Shown here piece after piece: positions 1-8,498 of a stretch of DNA of 36,425 nucleotides. Each line of letters opens with the position of its first letter. Within the stretch, counting starts at the first letter, position 1. Under the pieces are notes generated by a model. It saw nothing but the letters and a program-made list of their open reading frames with translations, did not search any database and was not told where the DNA came from. Origin of the DNA: a virus (Duplodnaviria > Caudoviricetes); IMG/VR virus record IMGVR_UViG_3300014877_000003, positions 1 to 36,425 of that record. One strand, given 5' to 3'. The position numbers and the translations under genes are program-made.

Positions 1-1169
1 CCGACCGACCCGGCGGTGGACGCCGCGGCGATTCCGCCCAGCGTCAGCATCATCGCCCCCACCGTCTCCCCGATCGTGGTTACCGCGTCCTCGACATTCT
101 GCCCAAGGATAATAAGCTGGGCGGAGAAGCCAGCTTCCATCTTCTCCGCAATCTCTTGGGTGGCGCCCGCAGCGGTCCGCAGTTTCCTCTCGTATTCTTC
201 AATAGCACCGGAGGCACCTATTAAAGCGAGGGTGGCACCGATCGACCTGTCTTGCATGCCTAACAGAGTGAAGGCTTCCCGCTTCTCCTGGTCCGACAAC
301 GTGCCTAAGGCAATCTCCATGTCTCTGATGATGCTTACCAGCGGCTTCATCTTCCCCGCCGCGTCAAAAACAGTGATTCCCATGTCGGAGAATTGCTTCT
401 TGTTTTCGATAGCAGCGGACTGAAGATCCCGCATCATAATTGCCATCTGCTCACCGGCATTGGCTCCCTTAATGCCGCGGTCCGCATAAGCCGCCAGCAC
501 GGCCACACCCTCCTCCACGTCCTTGTTCACCAATCGCAAGGCTGCCGCTGCCTTGTTAGTGAGGGCTTCTGCGAATTGCTGGATCTCCGCGTTGGACAGG
601 ATGTTGGCTTTGGAAAGAACATCCATTACCCGCTTCATTCCCTTCATGTTCTCCGCCACATCCTTCGACCGCAGTCCCAGGGCTGACTGTGAATCCATGA
701 GCATCGTCGTGGCTGTATTGAGGTCAAACATGCCCGCGATGGCGAACTTGTTTACTTCGCTCAGCGCGGCCTGGGCTTGCTCGGCGCTTAACCCAGCACT
801 GGCCAGGAAGAAGTAAGCCTCACCTAATTTCTCTGCCGAGGTGGTGGACTCCTTCGCTATAGTCCGGGCCGTGAGTTCCATCTCCTTGCGCATGCCCACA
901 GACACGTCGCCCATAATGGACGTGGCTTTGATCATGGCTGCTTCGAACTTGCCGAACTCCCGGAGGCCAAGCACTGCGATGCCGGTCATAGCCACGGCGA
1001 TCCCCGCTCCCAGTCCCGCCACCGTCTTGAGCATGACAGCGGAGGACTTAGCGATTGACGTCTCCGCCATGTTCATTCCCCTCACCAAGTCGGTGGAGTC
1101 GGCAGTGAGCTTGACGAACAGAGTGCCCAAGGCACCGGGACCCGCGGCAGCTAATACAGAACCTAGCAT
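1..1169 (-). CDS. Tail tape measure protein, TP901-like (N-terminal part; runs off the window)
   Basis: Absent from the ORF track (no stop in window). Hand translation from ATG 1169: MLGSVLAAAGPGALGTLFVKLTADSTDLVRG...AEKLGEAYFFLASAGLSAEQ...LAAYADRGIKGANAGEQ...GITVFDAAGKMKPL, typical TP901 tape-measure core; follows the tail chaperones. Confidence 0.93.
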   Translation of the reverse strand, partial: MLGSVLAAAGPGALGTLFVKLTADSTDLVRGMNMAETSIAKSSAVMLKTVAGLGAGIAVAMTGIAVLGLREFGKFEAAMIKATSIMGDVSVGMRKEMELTARTIAKESTTSAEKLGEAYFFLASAGLSAEQAQAALSEVNKFAIAGMFDLNTATTMLMDSQSALGLRSKDVAENMKGMKRVMDVLSKANILSNAEIQQFAEALTNKAAAALRLVNKDVEEGVAVLAAYADRGIKGANAGEQMAIMMRDLQSAAIENKKQFSDMGITVFDAAGKMKPLVSIIRDMEIALGTLSDQEKREAFTLLGMQDRSIGATLALIGASGAIEEYERKLRTAAGATQEIAEKMEAGFSAQLIILGQNVEDAVTTIGETVGAMMLTLGGIAAASTAGSV

Positions 1170-1171
1170 AC

Positions 1172-1489
1172 TTAGTCCTCTACTTTTACGTTGAGCACAG
1201 CGGCCCAGATCGACTTGGACTTCGACGGCGACTTGGGTTCGGCCTTTGTTTCGGTTTCAAATATGAAGTCTTTCAGCTTCACTGTTTTCGGGTTCTTTAC
1301 ATAACTGCGGCGAACTTCCATTGCGATCTGGGCCATATAATAGTCCTGTCTTTTTGCCTGCCCTTCCTCCCGCTTGAGGAAGGTTATCCAGTCAACGAAC
1401 TCGCTGTAGGTGATCCGTTCCTTCAGCTCGTTCACGGGGAGACTTAGGTGAGAGGCTACTTGATACCAACCAAGCCTCTCACCTGTCAT
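1172..1489 (-). CDS. Tail assembly chaperone gpT-like segment (C-terminal part of the G-T frameshift product)
   Basis: Lies between gpG-like gene and tape measure, in the -1 frame relative to 1486..1848; motif LSLPVNELKERITYSEFVDW. Confidence 0.8.
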   Translation of the reverse strand: MTGERLGWYQVASHLSLPVNELKERITYSEFVDWITFLKREEGQAKRQDYYMAQIAMEVRRSYVKNPKTVKLKDFIFETETKAEPKSPSKSKSIWAAVLNVKVED

Positions 1490-1498
1490 CCGTTTTTT
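1446..1498 (-). promoter_or_regulatory. Programmed -1 ribosomal frameshift signal (A AAA AAC, 7-nt spacer, 12-bp hairpin)
   Basis: Minus strand TCA AAA AAC GGA TGA; heptamer at 1498-1492; perfect inverted repeat aggtgagaggct (1446-1457) / agcctctcacct (1473-1484). Confidence 0.88.
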
Positions 1499-1848
1499 GA
1501 CTCGTCCGCAATTTCCTTCGCTGCCGTGCTCAGTTGATTGAGTTTCTGGGACTCAGCGAACAGGGCAGAGACGACCGAGGAAGGCCATTCCTGAATAGTC
1601 TTCACCGGGACGGCTGTTCCGTCCTTGTTGAACAGGCAACGGGATACGAGGTCCGCTTGCATGCCATCGAACTTCTTAATCGAGGGCTTGCCGTCCGCAC
1701 CCACCTGAACCCGCTCCTTCATTCCGTCGAGATACTTATCCCGGCCAGCCGCAGTCATTTCCCGCAGCTCGTAATCAGAAGCGCCTCCATTGGAGTCTGT
1801 CAGCACTACCGGAGCCGTCGAGACCACTAATTTGAATTGCAGTGACAT
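1486..1848 (-). CDS. Tail assembly chaperone (gpG-like)
   Basis: 120 aa directly after tail tube; YELREMTAAGRD and LVSRCLFNKDG patterns; ends on a slippery site. Confidence 0.85.
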   Translation of the reverse strand: MSLQFKLVVSTAPVVLTDSNGGASDYELREMTAAGRDKYLDGMKERVQVGADGKPSIKKFDGMQADLVSRCLFNKDGTAVPVKTIQEWPSSVVSALFAESQKLNQLSTAAKEIADESKNG

Positions 1849-1875
1849 ATCGATTTCAGTTTGCTTTGCGACGAC

Positions 1876-2325
1876 TTAGCTTTCAACATTGCTCATGTAA
1901 ACCGGCGCCACTTCATCGCCGTTAAGGTCGCGCATGCCCGGAGTGACAGTGAGCTTGGCTGTCGGCTGCTCGCCTTCCGTGTGTGTAGCGGGCGTGAACT
2001 CTTCTATCCACCCGTAAAAGGCGATCGTAGAGCCGTCCGGGAAGGTCACAGTAACAAGCTGGTTGACGCCAATCTGGGGCCAGATTTCATCCAGCGCGGT
2101 CGTCGCATAAGCCACGGTGGCGCTGACGGGCGTGAGGGATTTCAACTGGCGCGGAGCACTTGTCCGATAGGCAGTGTTCCGCATAGTGGTGGTTTCGATG
2201 GGCCCTCCCGCCGTGTAGCCCGGAGGAGTGACGTCCTTCTCATACAGCTTGACGAGAGGAAGGTTGGCGAATGTGATGATGGTTGAAAAGCCATCGTCTA
2301 GTCTTAACTCGTTTACATTTGGCAT
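1876..2325 (-). CDS. Major tail tube protein
   Basis: 149 aa; VTPPG..GGPIETTTM and VTVTFPDGSTIAFYGWIEEFTP typical of siphovirus tube proteins; synteny. Confidence 0.85.
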   Translation of the reverse strand: MPNVNELRLDDGFSTIITFANLPLVKLYEKDVTPPGYTAGGPIETTTMRNTAYRTSAPRQLKSLTPVSATVAYATTALDEIWPQIGVNQLVTVTFPDGSTIAFYGWIEEFTPATHTEGEQPTAKLTVTPGMRDLNGDEVAPVYMSNVES

Positions 2326-2347
2326 CTTGTTTTCTTTCGTTGATTAT

Positions 2348-2776
2348 TCAGTTTTGGTTTATCGTGACTACGGCATTGATGGAAAACAGATGGCGTCGAC
2401 GATCGCCTTCCTGCTCCACTCCCAAAGGAATGATATCTCCGGTTCGTGACACATTGTGGAGAATGTAACTGGCATCGGACTCCATTACAACCTCTGACCG
2501 TTGCTGGGCGTCCAGGGCAGCGGCGATGCTCTCCGCCTTTGCCCGCGCTTCCGGGTAAACAAAGCCGCGCACCATGATTTGGATTCCTGGATGGATGACT
2601 TGATCGCCCGTTGACATGATTCTCCCGTCTTGCTTCCCCGCAGTGTCGTAGACGCATAAAGCACTGTCAGGCGTCCCCGGGAGGAAAGACACGAAGACGG
2701 GCCAAGACCCTGCGACCTCGCCACCTAGGTCCAAGTCCAGCAAGAGCTGGCGGATGATTTCAGCAGGTGAACTCAT
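2348..2776 (-). CDS. Tail terminator / minor capsid 3-like protein
   Basis: PDSALCVYDTAG, PGIQIMVRG, RRHLFSIN motifs; immediately upstream of tube. Confidence 0.75.
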   Translation of the reverse strand: MSSPAEIIRQLLLDLDLGGEVAGSWPVFVSFLPGTPDSALCVYDTAGKQDGRIMSTGDQVIHPGIQIMVRGFVYPEARAKAESIAAALDAQQRSEVVMESDASYILHNVSRTGDIIPLGVEQEGDRRRHLFSINAVVTINQN

Positions 2777-3189
2777 AGGATTTTAATCTCCTTGAGAATA
2801 ACCGACCGCATAGCTCCTCTCATCCTTCTTGCCGGCTCCTCTAGAAACTTAGCTTGGCCGCGGCCTTGCGGGTCCCAATACTTTCCCTTGTGGGGCGGTA
2901 GGCGCGGCTGCCCTTTAAGCTTCATCTCCACATTCTCGTGGACGTAGATAGCGTAATTCGCTGTATATCCCACCGTCACTTGCGTGGAGAACCCGCTGCC
3001 GGTCGCCCGGGTAAATGCAGAAGCTTTCAATACGCCGTAGTCCACTGGGACCACCCGCTGGCTTTCCCGCTGGAGCATGAGACCCGCCAACCGCAACCCA
3101 CGTGAACAGCCTAGGGACATCGCCACGGTCTTAGCCTTAAGTCTGGCTAGGACTTGCTCGACTCCTACAATGGTATTGACGCTGGCCAT
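2773..3189 (-). CDS. HK97 gp10-like tail completion/neck protein
   Basis: VPVDYGVLKASA, VGYTANYAIYVHE, QAKFLEEP motifs. Confidence 0.8.
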   Translation of the reverse strand: MASVNTIVGVEQVLARLKAKTVAMSLGCSRGLRLAGLMLQRESQRVVPVDYGVLKASAFTRATGSGFSTQVTVGYTANYAIYVHENVEMKLKGQPRLPPHKGKYWDPQGRGQAKFLEEPARRMRGAMRSVILKEIKIL

Positions 3190-3191
3190 GA

Positions 3192-3413
3192 TTAAGCGGC
3201 GGAGATGTCGAAGTAATATTCCTTCCCCTCGATTAAAAAGCCCTGGGCGGAGGGATTATCAATGGAGATATTGAACGAGGCACTAGGCGTATATTTAGCG
3301 AAGGACTTGTTCTCGTCACTGCCACTAGTAACGGCATGAAGGACAGCGTTTTCAGTTTCTCCTGTTTTAGAAACGAAGGTAACTTTCAATTTAGCTCTTA
3401 TTGTTTTGTTCAT
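3192..3413 (-). CDS. Small phage hypothetical protein
   Basis: 73 aa, fits between neighbours with ATGA overlap; ENKSFAKYTPS...NP...GKEYYFD pattern; more AT-rich than flanks. Confidence 0.75.
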   Translation of the reverse strand: MNKTIRAKLKVTFVSKTGETENAVLHAVTSGSDENKSFAKYTPSASFNISIDNPSAQGFLIEGKEYYFDISAA

Positions 3414-3754
3414 AGATAGGCAGTGTAAAGGGTTTCAGTGTTCTTCAGGTTAGGCGTCTCGTCAAAGCGTTGAATCTCAAAAGCAAGCAAGAGATCCAGC
3501 GGGCTGTCCGGAGTATCGGATTCCAACTCGCCCTTCTTGAGCTTGTCGCCCTTGTGCAAGACGCGATCAGGATAAACGGTGGCGGAGGACATCTCCGTCT
3601 GTCCCACCCCATTTCGAAACTCCGTCCCGCTGTCATCCCAACGGCAGTCAATCTCCACCGGAGCGGCGAAAGAGTAGGCGCCATATTGATCGGGCGTTTC
3701 CAACCGGGCCCACCAAACTGCCTTCTGTTTCCGCATCTTCTTGATGATACTCAT
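3410..3754 (-). CDS. Head closure / head-tail joining protein
   Basis: 114 aa; Q.AVWW..DQYG..FAAPVEIDCRWDD; position in connector module. Confidence 0.7.
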   Translation of the reverse strand: MSIIKKMRKQKAVWWARLETPDQYGAYSFAAPVEIDCRWDDSGTEFRNGVGQTEMSSATVYPDRVLHKGDKLKKGELESDTPDSPLDLLLAFEIQRFDETPNLKNTETLYTAYL

Positions 3755-4458
3755 ACAGCCTCCAAAAGAAAAGCCCTGCCTGGGCGGGACTCGTCCGCAA
3801 CTAAACGAGGGGGAGAACCAGACAGGGCTCTGGGGGGAGGGGCGAGAAGTTCAAAAAAGTCAGCAAAGGTAATGCGGTCGAACACGGGCAGCTTGCTGGA
3901 GCCGTCCGTCACGTTATACACCCGCGCATGCGGGAACCGGCGGAGGCTGGAGGCCACGTTGTAGAAGCCGCGGGTGAAGCGGACAAAGGGCTCCGTGTTC
4001 AGCTTCTTCTTATTGTAGTCGTGCCAATGGAACCTCCCATCCTGCATACTCAAGTCGTATCCCAGGAGGTAGATGCAGTGGGCGCCTAGGAGCATAGCGA
4101 GATTGATCGCAGCGGCTCCGGTGGACTGGTTCCAGCCCAGGGTGTTGCCCTCATGCAATCCGTCCTTGACCCGTTTCATCTGCCACAGCCAGTCTAGATT
4201 GAGCGTGAGGCACGTCGGAGCACAGGAGACAACCCGTCCTTTGAAATTCTTCAAGTCCTGCTTGTTCTTCTCCCACCAGCTCGAATCCCCGAACAGGCAA
4301 ACGGAAACGATCTCCTCGCCCAAGCGCCAGGCGTCGTTGCACCCAATAACGTTCCGCCCCTTTAACGCCGAGAAATCAAATCCTCGGAGGGAAGAACCGC
4401 CACCTATTAGGTAGGCGTCCTGCCCGTCCCAATCGCGAGAAGGAGCCCAGAGTGGCAT
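3751..4458 (-). CDS. Maf/GT42-like (MptE-like domain) putative glycosyltransferase
   Basis: AYLIGGGSSL...NVIGCNDA...STGAAAINLAMLLGAHCIYLLGYDL...HWH matches the GxGPSL / IxLxGxD signature of Maf and CstII-like nonulosonate transferases. Confidence 0.65.
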   Translation of the reverse strand: MPLWAPSRDWDGQDAYLIGGGSSLRGFDFSALKGRNVIGCNDAWRLGEEIVSVCLFGDSSWWEKNKQDLKNFKGRVVSCAPTCLTLNLDWLWQMKRVKDGLHEGNTLGWNQSTGAAAINLAMLLGAHCIYLLGYDLSMQDGRFHWHDYNKKKLNTEPFVRFTRGFYNVASSLRRFPHARVYNVTDGSSKLPVFDRITFADFFELLAPPPRALSGSPPRLVADESRPGRAFLLEAV

Positions 4459-4462
4459 AAGT

Positions 4463-4843
4463 CTAGTCTACTGTGGAGGGTTTGGTCCCCAGCCAAGTAA
4501 CGGAGCCGATGCGCTTGCGTTGCTTGTTTAGACCAGCGAGGCCGCCCGCCGTGTCGAGCAGCATAGCAGTCTGGCCGTAGTGGGACGTATTGAGATTCAA
4601 GTCGACGGCACTTTGATAAGTGGCACCGACCGGACCCGCATGTTCGCTAACGGCACGCGGGTCCCGGTTGGTGTAAAAATGAGCGGACAGCCAGCGTTCA
4701 ATTAGCTCCAGCCGTTCGTCGGTGTAACCCGCATCCGAACAGACTTCAGTCACTAGCTCGTTCGCCACCGACATGAATGGAGTCAGCCCAATGGTGACAT
4801 CCACTTCGATGATCTCCGCAACTTGTTCTGAAGTCGTTCGCAT
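4463..4843 (-). CDS. Head-tail adaptor protein (DUF4054-like)
   Basis: LELIERWLSAHF...SEHAGPVGATY...TSHYGQ motif; follows capsid genes. Confidence 0.75.
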   Translation of the reverse strand: MRTTSEQVAEIIEVDVTIGLTPFMSVANELVTEVCSDAGYTDERLELIERWLSAHFYTNRDPRAVSEHAGPVGATYQSAVDLNLNTSHYGQTAMLLDTAGGLAGLNKQRKRIGSVTWLGTKPSTVD

Positions 4844-4846
4844 GGA

Positions 4847-5092
4847 TTAACGTCCTTTCGACGCGGGTTTGGCTGCGGGTTTGGCTGCGGCCGGCATCGT
4901 GGTATGCTTCGCCGCTGCGGGAGGCGCCGGCGCCGGAGCTTCGGGTTCGGGCTCTACGGGAGCATACTCGAGCTTGATGAACTTGCCGGGAAAGAGTGTC
5001 GTGAGATCCTTTTCGCTCTTAACGATCTGATCTTTACCGTAGGACTTCCCATCCTCCAGATGCGTTCCTATCACTACTTTGAACTTCGCCAT
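4847..5092 (-). CDS. Small capsid-adjacent hypothetical protein with Pro/Ala/Lys-rich tail
   Basis: 81 aa right after major capsid; low-complexity C-terminus PEPEAPAPAPPAAAK...PAAKP. Confidence 0.75.
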   Translation of the reverse strand: MAKFKVVIGTHLEDGKSYGKDQIVKSEKDLTTLFPGKFIKLEYAPVEPEPEAPAPAPPAAAKHTTMPAAAKPAAKPASKGR

Positions 5093-5113
5093 ATAGGTTA
5101 TTAGGTTTTAATC

Positions 5114-5146
5114 AGGTCGCCCGACGCACATTACGCCGGGCGACCT
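5114..5146 (-). terminator. Hairpin 3' of the major capsid gene (weak terminator or mRNA stabiliser)
   Basis: aggtcgcccg (5114-5123) / cgggcgacct (5137-5146) perfect inverted repeat; no strong U-tract on the minus strand. Confidence 0.55.
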
Positions 5147-5159
5147 AAAACTGTTTCTG

Positions 5160-6221
5160 TTATGCGGCAGTATTGCCGTGGATGATTCCGGTCTGGCCGT
5201 TGAAATCGGCCCGCAGTTGCGGAACCATGATCGCCATCACTTTGAAGTTGAGGCGCATGCCACCGTGGGTTTCCCACTGAACCGTGGTTACGTCCATACC
5301 AATCACCATACGGATGACATCACTCGTCATCTGCACGAGAATCATCTGGAAGCCCGTGAGGTAGTCCAGCGTAGTCACGGCTCCAATGCCGTTGATCGCT
5401 GTGACACGCTGGCGGAGGGTGATGTCTCCCTTCAGCGTGGAGTAATCATCGTCGAGATACTGGTCCCAGGCCGGGCTCGTGTAGAGCGACCAGGGGCCAT
5501 AGTGATGATTGTCTTCGCTAGCCTGGCGCATCGCGAGCAGTTCCTGAATTGTGGTCTGCGGAGTCCAACCCGATGCCGTGGGCGCGGTGAGGTCCGTGGA
5601 CGTCACACGCGAGGGAAAGTTGGTCAATCCGTAGATCGTCCCGCCGCCGTATCCGAACGCGGGGAGAACTCCCAACGTCAGCTTCTCAGCTTCTTCCGCA
5701 ACCCGGCGGGCCGCCAATTGCGCGGTCGTGGTGTCGATGCCGGCTCCGCTGTTCCGCGAGGTCGCAACCTGGCGGGCGTTGAAGTAGAAGTCCTTGTGAA
5801 TGACCGGCAAAGGCAAGCTGGTCAAATCGAACTCCGGGCGGTCCCCTTCACTCTCCCGAGCCGGGTCCATGCTGATGACGGCGCGAGTGATGTCACTCAT
5901 GCTCTCCGTCTCCAAGACGGTTTTGCCCATCCCGTTGGGGATATTGTAGGTGAGCCCACGGCCACGCAAGTCCGCGACCACCCGCAAGCGTTCCTTCGCA
6001 GCAATGACAATAGCGTCATCGAGCACCTTCCACTCTTCTTTGCGAAGGGTGGCAGTGGCGTTCTGCGTCGGGACAGCAATCAATTTGCCTCCCTGGTTTC
6101 GGGCGATATAAGACCGCCCGTCCTTGCCGACCCAAGGGCGCAAGGCAGAAACGTCGAACCCGTTATTCAACAGGGTCGTCGCGACGGCCCCCTGGGCCTG
6201 TCCGTTAAGAATGAATTCCAT
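5160..6221 (-). CDS. Major capsid protein, HK97 fold, Linocin-M18/encapsulin-related
   Basis: Start moved to MEFILNG (ATG 6221, A-rich leader, removes overlap); PLPVIHKDFYFNARQVATSR...DTTTAQLAARRVAEEAEKL is encapsulin-like; follows protease and decoration genes. Confidence 0.9.
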   Translation of the reverse strand: MEFILNGQAQGAVATTLLNNGFDVSALRPWVGKDGRSYIARNQGGKLIAVPTQNATATLRKEEWKVLDDAIVIAAKERLRVVADLRGRGLTYNIPNGMGKTVLETESMSDITRAVISMDPARESEGDRPEFDLTSLPLPVIHKDFYFNARQVATSRNSGAGIDTTTAQLAARRVAEEAEKLTLGVLPAFGYGGGTIYGLTNFPSRVTSTDLTAPTASGWTPQTTIQELLAMRQASEDNHHYGPWSLYTSPAWDQYLDDDYSTLKGDITLRQRVTAINGIGAVTTLDYLTGFQMILVQMTSDVIRMVIGMDVTTVQWETHGGMRLNFKVMAIMVPQLRADFNGQTGIIHGNTAA

Positions 6222-6261
6222 AATATATTTCTTTCGTTTGGTTGATAATGTTTGGACCGGC

Positions 6262-6696
6262 TTAAAGGATGCGAACGCGTATCCTTTCGTTCTGGTCGTT
6301 ACTGTCACTCGCGTTCACCGGCTCCAGCGCAATCGCGAGAGCGTTGGTGGTGCCCGCTTGCAACGTGCCGTCGCCATTGCTGTTCAGCAAGGCGCCCGGA
6401 TTAACGTTCTCGCCGCCGCTCAGGAAGGCGTAGACGACGTCGCCCGGGGAAGCAATCACGAAGCTGACCAGCTCGTCTTGCGCATAGGCAGTGTCGATGG
6501 TGCGACCCTGCAAGGCGTCCTCGAGTGCGAAGGCTTTCTCCGCAGGACCCGCCGCACTGGCGTGGGCAATAACCTGCCCGACCGAATCAACGGCGAGCAG
6601 CATGCCCGGGGTGATTGCACCGCCGGCCGTGGCTTCTTCGTGCCGTCCGGAACCAAGCAAGTGAATCCGCTTGGGGTATTGAACAATTTCGCTCAT
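6262..6696 (-). CDS. Capsid decoration/cement protein
   Basis: EATAGGAITPGMLL...LNSNGDGTLQ...AIALE; between scaffold and capsid. Confidence 0.75.
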   Translation of the reverse strand: MSEIVQYPKRIHLLGSGRHEEATAGGAITPGMLLAVDSVGQVIAHASAAGPAEKAFALEDALQGRTIDTAYAQDELVSFVIASPGDVVYAFLSGGENVNPGALLNSNGDGTLQAGTTNALAIALEPVNASDSNDQNERIRVRIL

Positions 6697-6733
6697 ATGT
6701 TTTTTCTTAAATGAATGTTATGGGTTTGGTGGT

Positions 6734-8377
6734 TTAGGACTTCGCGAAGTTCATCGACGGAATTTCCATCGCCTCCTCCTGCTCCGCATTGTCGGACGGA
6801 ACACTTGCCTGGCCGCCGTAGTGCGCCTGGGGACGCGGAGCGGCAGTCACACCCGCGAGGCGGGCCAGACCGCGCAACTCGCCGAGCGGGCGGTTGGCCA
6901 AATCTTCCTTGGAGAAGGGATTGTTTTTGTTCGCCACGATGGAGTCGATCAGCTTGGCCTTCTCCTCGTCGTAAACCTGAATGCTGTTATTCAGCACCGC
7001 GGCCACTTCCGGCGGAGCCGCTGCAATGTATTCCTGGAGGTTGAGAACGGCCTTGGGAGCCTGCTCCGTCTTGGGTTCCTCGTTCTTCGTCGCTGCCATC
7101 TTGTCGAACATGGCGGTGCACGTGGCCTTGTCGTTGACTCCCGCTGCCGTGCACCGCGCCATGAAGTCGGACTTCGCTTCACCCTGCTTGGGCATCATGA
7201 GCACGTTCTGCACTTGCGGCGCGGCTTGTTTCAGCAAGAGACTGGCTTTCCCGTCCTTGCCCTTTTCCATGGTGAAGTTCACAGTGGGAAATTCCCCGTG
7301 AAACTTAGCCATTGACTCCAACTGGTTTTCAGTGAGGTCCATCAGCGCCGTGCGGTCCTCTTCCTTATAGCCCGCATTGGCAGTGATGATGGAATCCACC
7401 AACTCTTTTTTGTTCATACGTTTATCTTTGTTTTTGGTTTCGGTTTGGTTGCCTACAAAGGCCCCCTCCACCGTTCGGTATTCAGTCACCCTAACAACAG
7501 GCGCTGGTGTCTCCTTACTTAAGGTGACTCCGGTATCCGTTGCAGAATAGCCAAGGCGGAATAGTTTGCCACCTAATTCATAGATGACGAAATCTTCATA
7601 TACATCATTCACCCACAGCGAAGGACCCGTCAGATCGTTCGTTGTGTTGAACTTCTTTCGCAGTGCGTCCGTAAGCCCGTCGCGGATATTGCCATGCGAC
7701 ATCTCATTGTCGAGAAGCCCTAGTTCCCGCATCATCCTTTCCATAACCTGCCGATACTTAGGATTGCATTCAGCAGCATTGCGGAGGAACCCAGCGCCGT
7801 CCTTAATGGAACAGGCACCGATCTTGTCAGGCAGCAAAGCCAGATGGTCGGGTCGGTAGTTGCGGGCGATCCCCACATAAGCCTCGCCCTTCCACTCGCC
7901 CGGCTCCGCTTCCATATCCACGAAGACACCCGTGGAGAGTTCCATCATTTGGTTAGCTTCGATCGCTGCCATGATGCGCTCGTCCACGGCATTCGCGCGG
8001 TCGACTTCAATCCAAGCCTCCGACTTCAGCTTGCCCTTCTCGAACTTAGTGTTCATCATCACACCTACCTTGCGGTTAGTAATGACGGACGGATCGCAAG
8101 CGGAGATTCCCTGGCCGTTCATTTCCGGATGATACACGACCACGGGCTTGTGGTTCCAAACGACGGGCGTCTTGGATAATTCCTCCTTGGGATAGAGCAT
8201 AGGTCCATCGGACCCGGCGTGGACGCCTTCCGTTAGGATGATCATAGGAACAACCAGAAAGTTACGGTCCTCCATCTTATCGTGGCGCACTAACTTGGGG
8301 AGCAAGTTGAGGACCAGGTTCTGTATGTGCCCCGGCTTGGGGTCTTCATTGAGAACTAATAGGCTCGGCTTGTTCAT
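6734..8377 (-). CDS. DUF2213-family prohead protease with C-terminal scaffold
   Basis: WNHKPVVVYHP, ELSTG, RPDHLALLPDKIGACS; helical charged C-terminal half. Confidence 0.85.
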   Translation of the reverse strand: MNKPSLLVLNEDPKPGHIQNLVLNLLPKLVRHDKMEDRNFLVVPMIILTEGVHAGSDGPMLYPKEELSKTPVVWNHKPVVVYHPEMNGQGISACDPSVITNRKVGVMMNTKFEKGKLKSEAWIEVDRANAVDERIMAAIEANQMMELSTGVFVDMEAEPGEWKGEAYVGIARNYRPDHLALLPDKIGACSIKDGAGFLRNAAECNPKYRQVMERMMRELGLLDNEMSHGNIRDGLTDALRKKFNTTNDLTGPSLWVNDVYEDFVIYELGGKLFRLGYSATDTGVTLSKETPAPVVRVTEYRTVEGAFVGNQTETKNKDKRMNKKELVDSIITANAGYKEEDRTALMDLTENQLESMAKFHGEFPTVNFTMEKGKDGKASLLLKQAAPQVQNVLMMPKQGEAKSDFMARCTAAGVNDKATCTAMFDKMAATKNEEPKTEQAPKAVLNLQEYIAAAPPEVAAVLNNSIQVYDEEKAKLIDSIVANKNNPFSKEDLANRPLGELRGLARLAGVTAAPRPQAHYGGQASVPSDNAEQEEAMEIPSMNFAKS

Positions 8378-8421
8378 AGTAATTTGACTCTAACAGAAAA
8401 TTCCCTGCTTGCAAGAAGTAA

Positions 8422-8468
8422 GGCCGTCACCTGCTCTAAGGAGGTGAGCCCGAGGAGCAGGGACGGCC
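8422..8468 (-). terminator. Terminator/attenuator-like hairpin upstream of the head operon
   Basis: Minus strand ggccgtc-cctgctc...gagcagg-t-gacggcc (14 bp, one bulge) followed by TTACTTCTT. Confidence 0.5.
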
Positions 8469-8498
8469 AATCCGATCCGCAGTGGAACGGACCGAAAA

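Noticed and set aside
5160-6221. Encapsulin nanocompartment or bacteriocin operon
   Set aside because: No cargo gene; embedded in a full phage head module
5178-6245. Long plus-strand ORFs (also 25197..26303, 32241..33080, 19917..20567 and those within 16..1194)
   Set aside because: Antisense shadows of GC-rich minus-strand genes; no motifs or leaders
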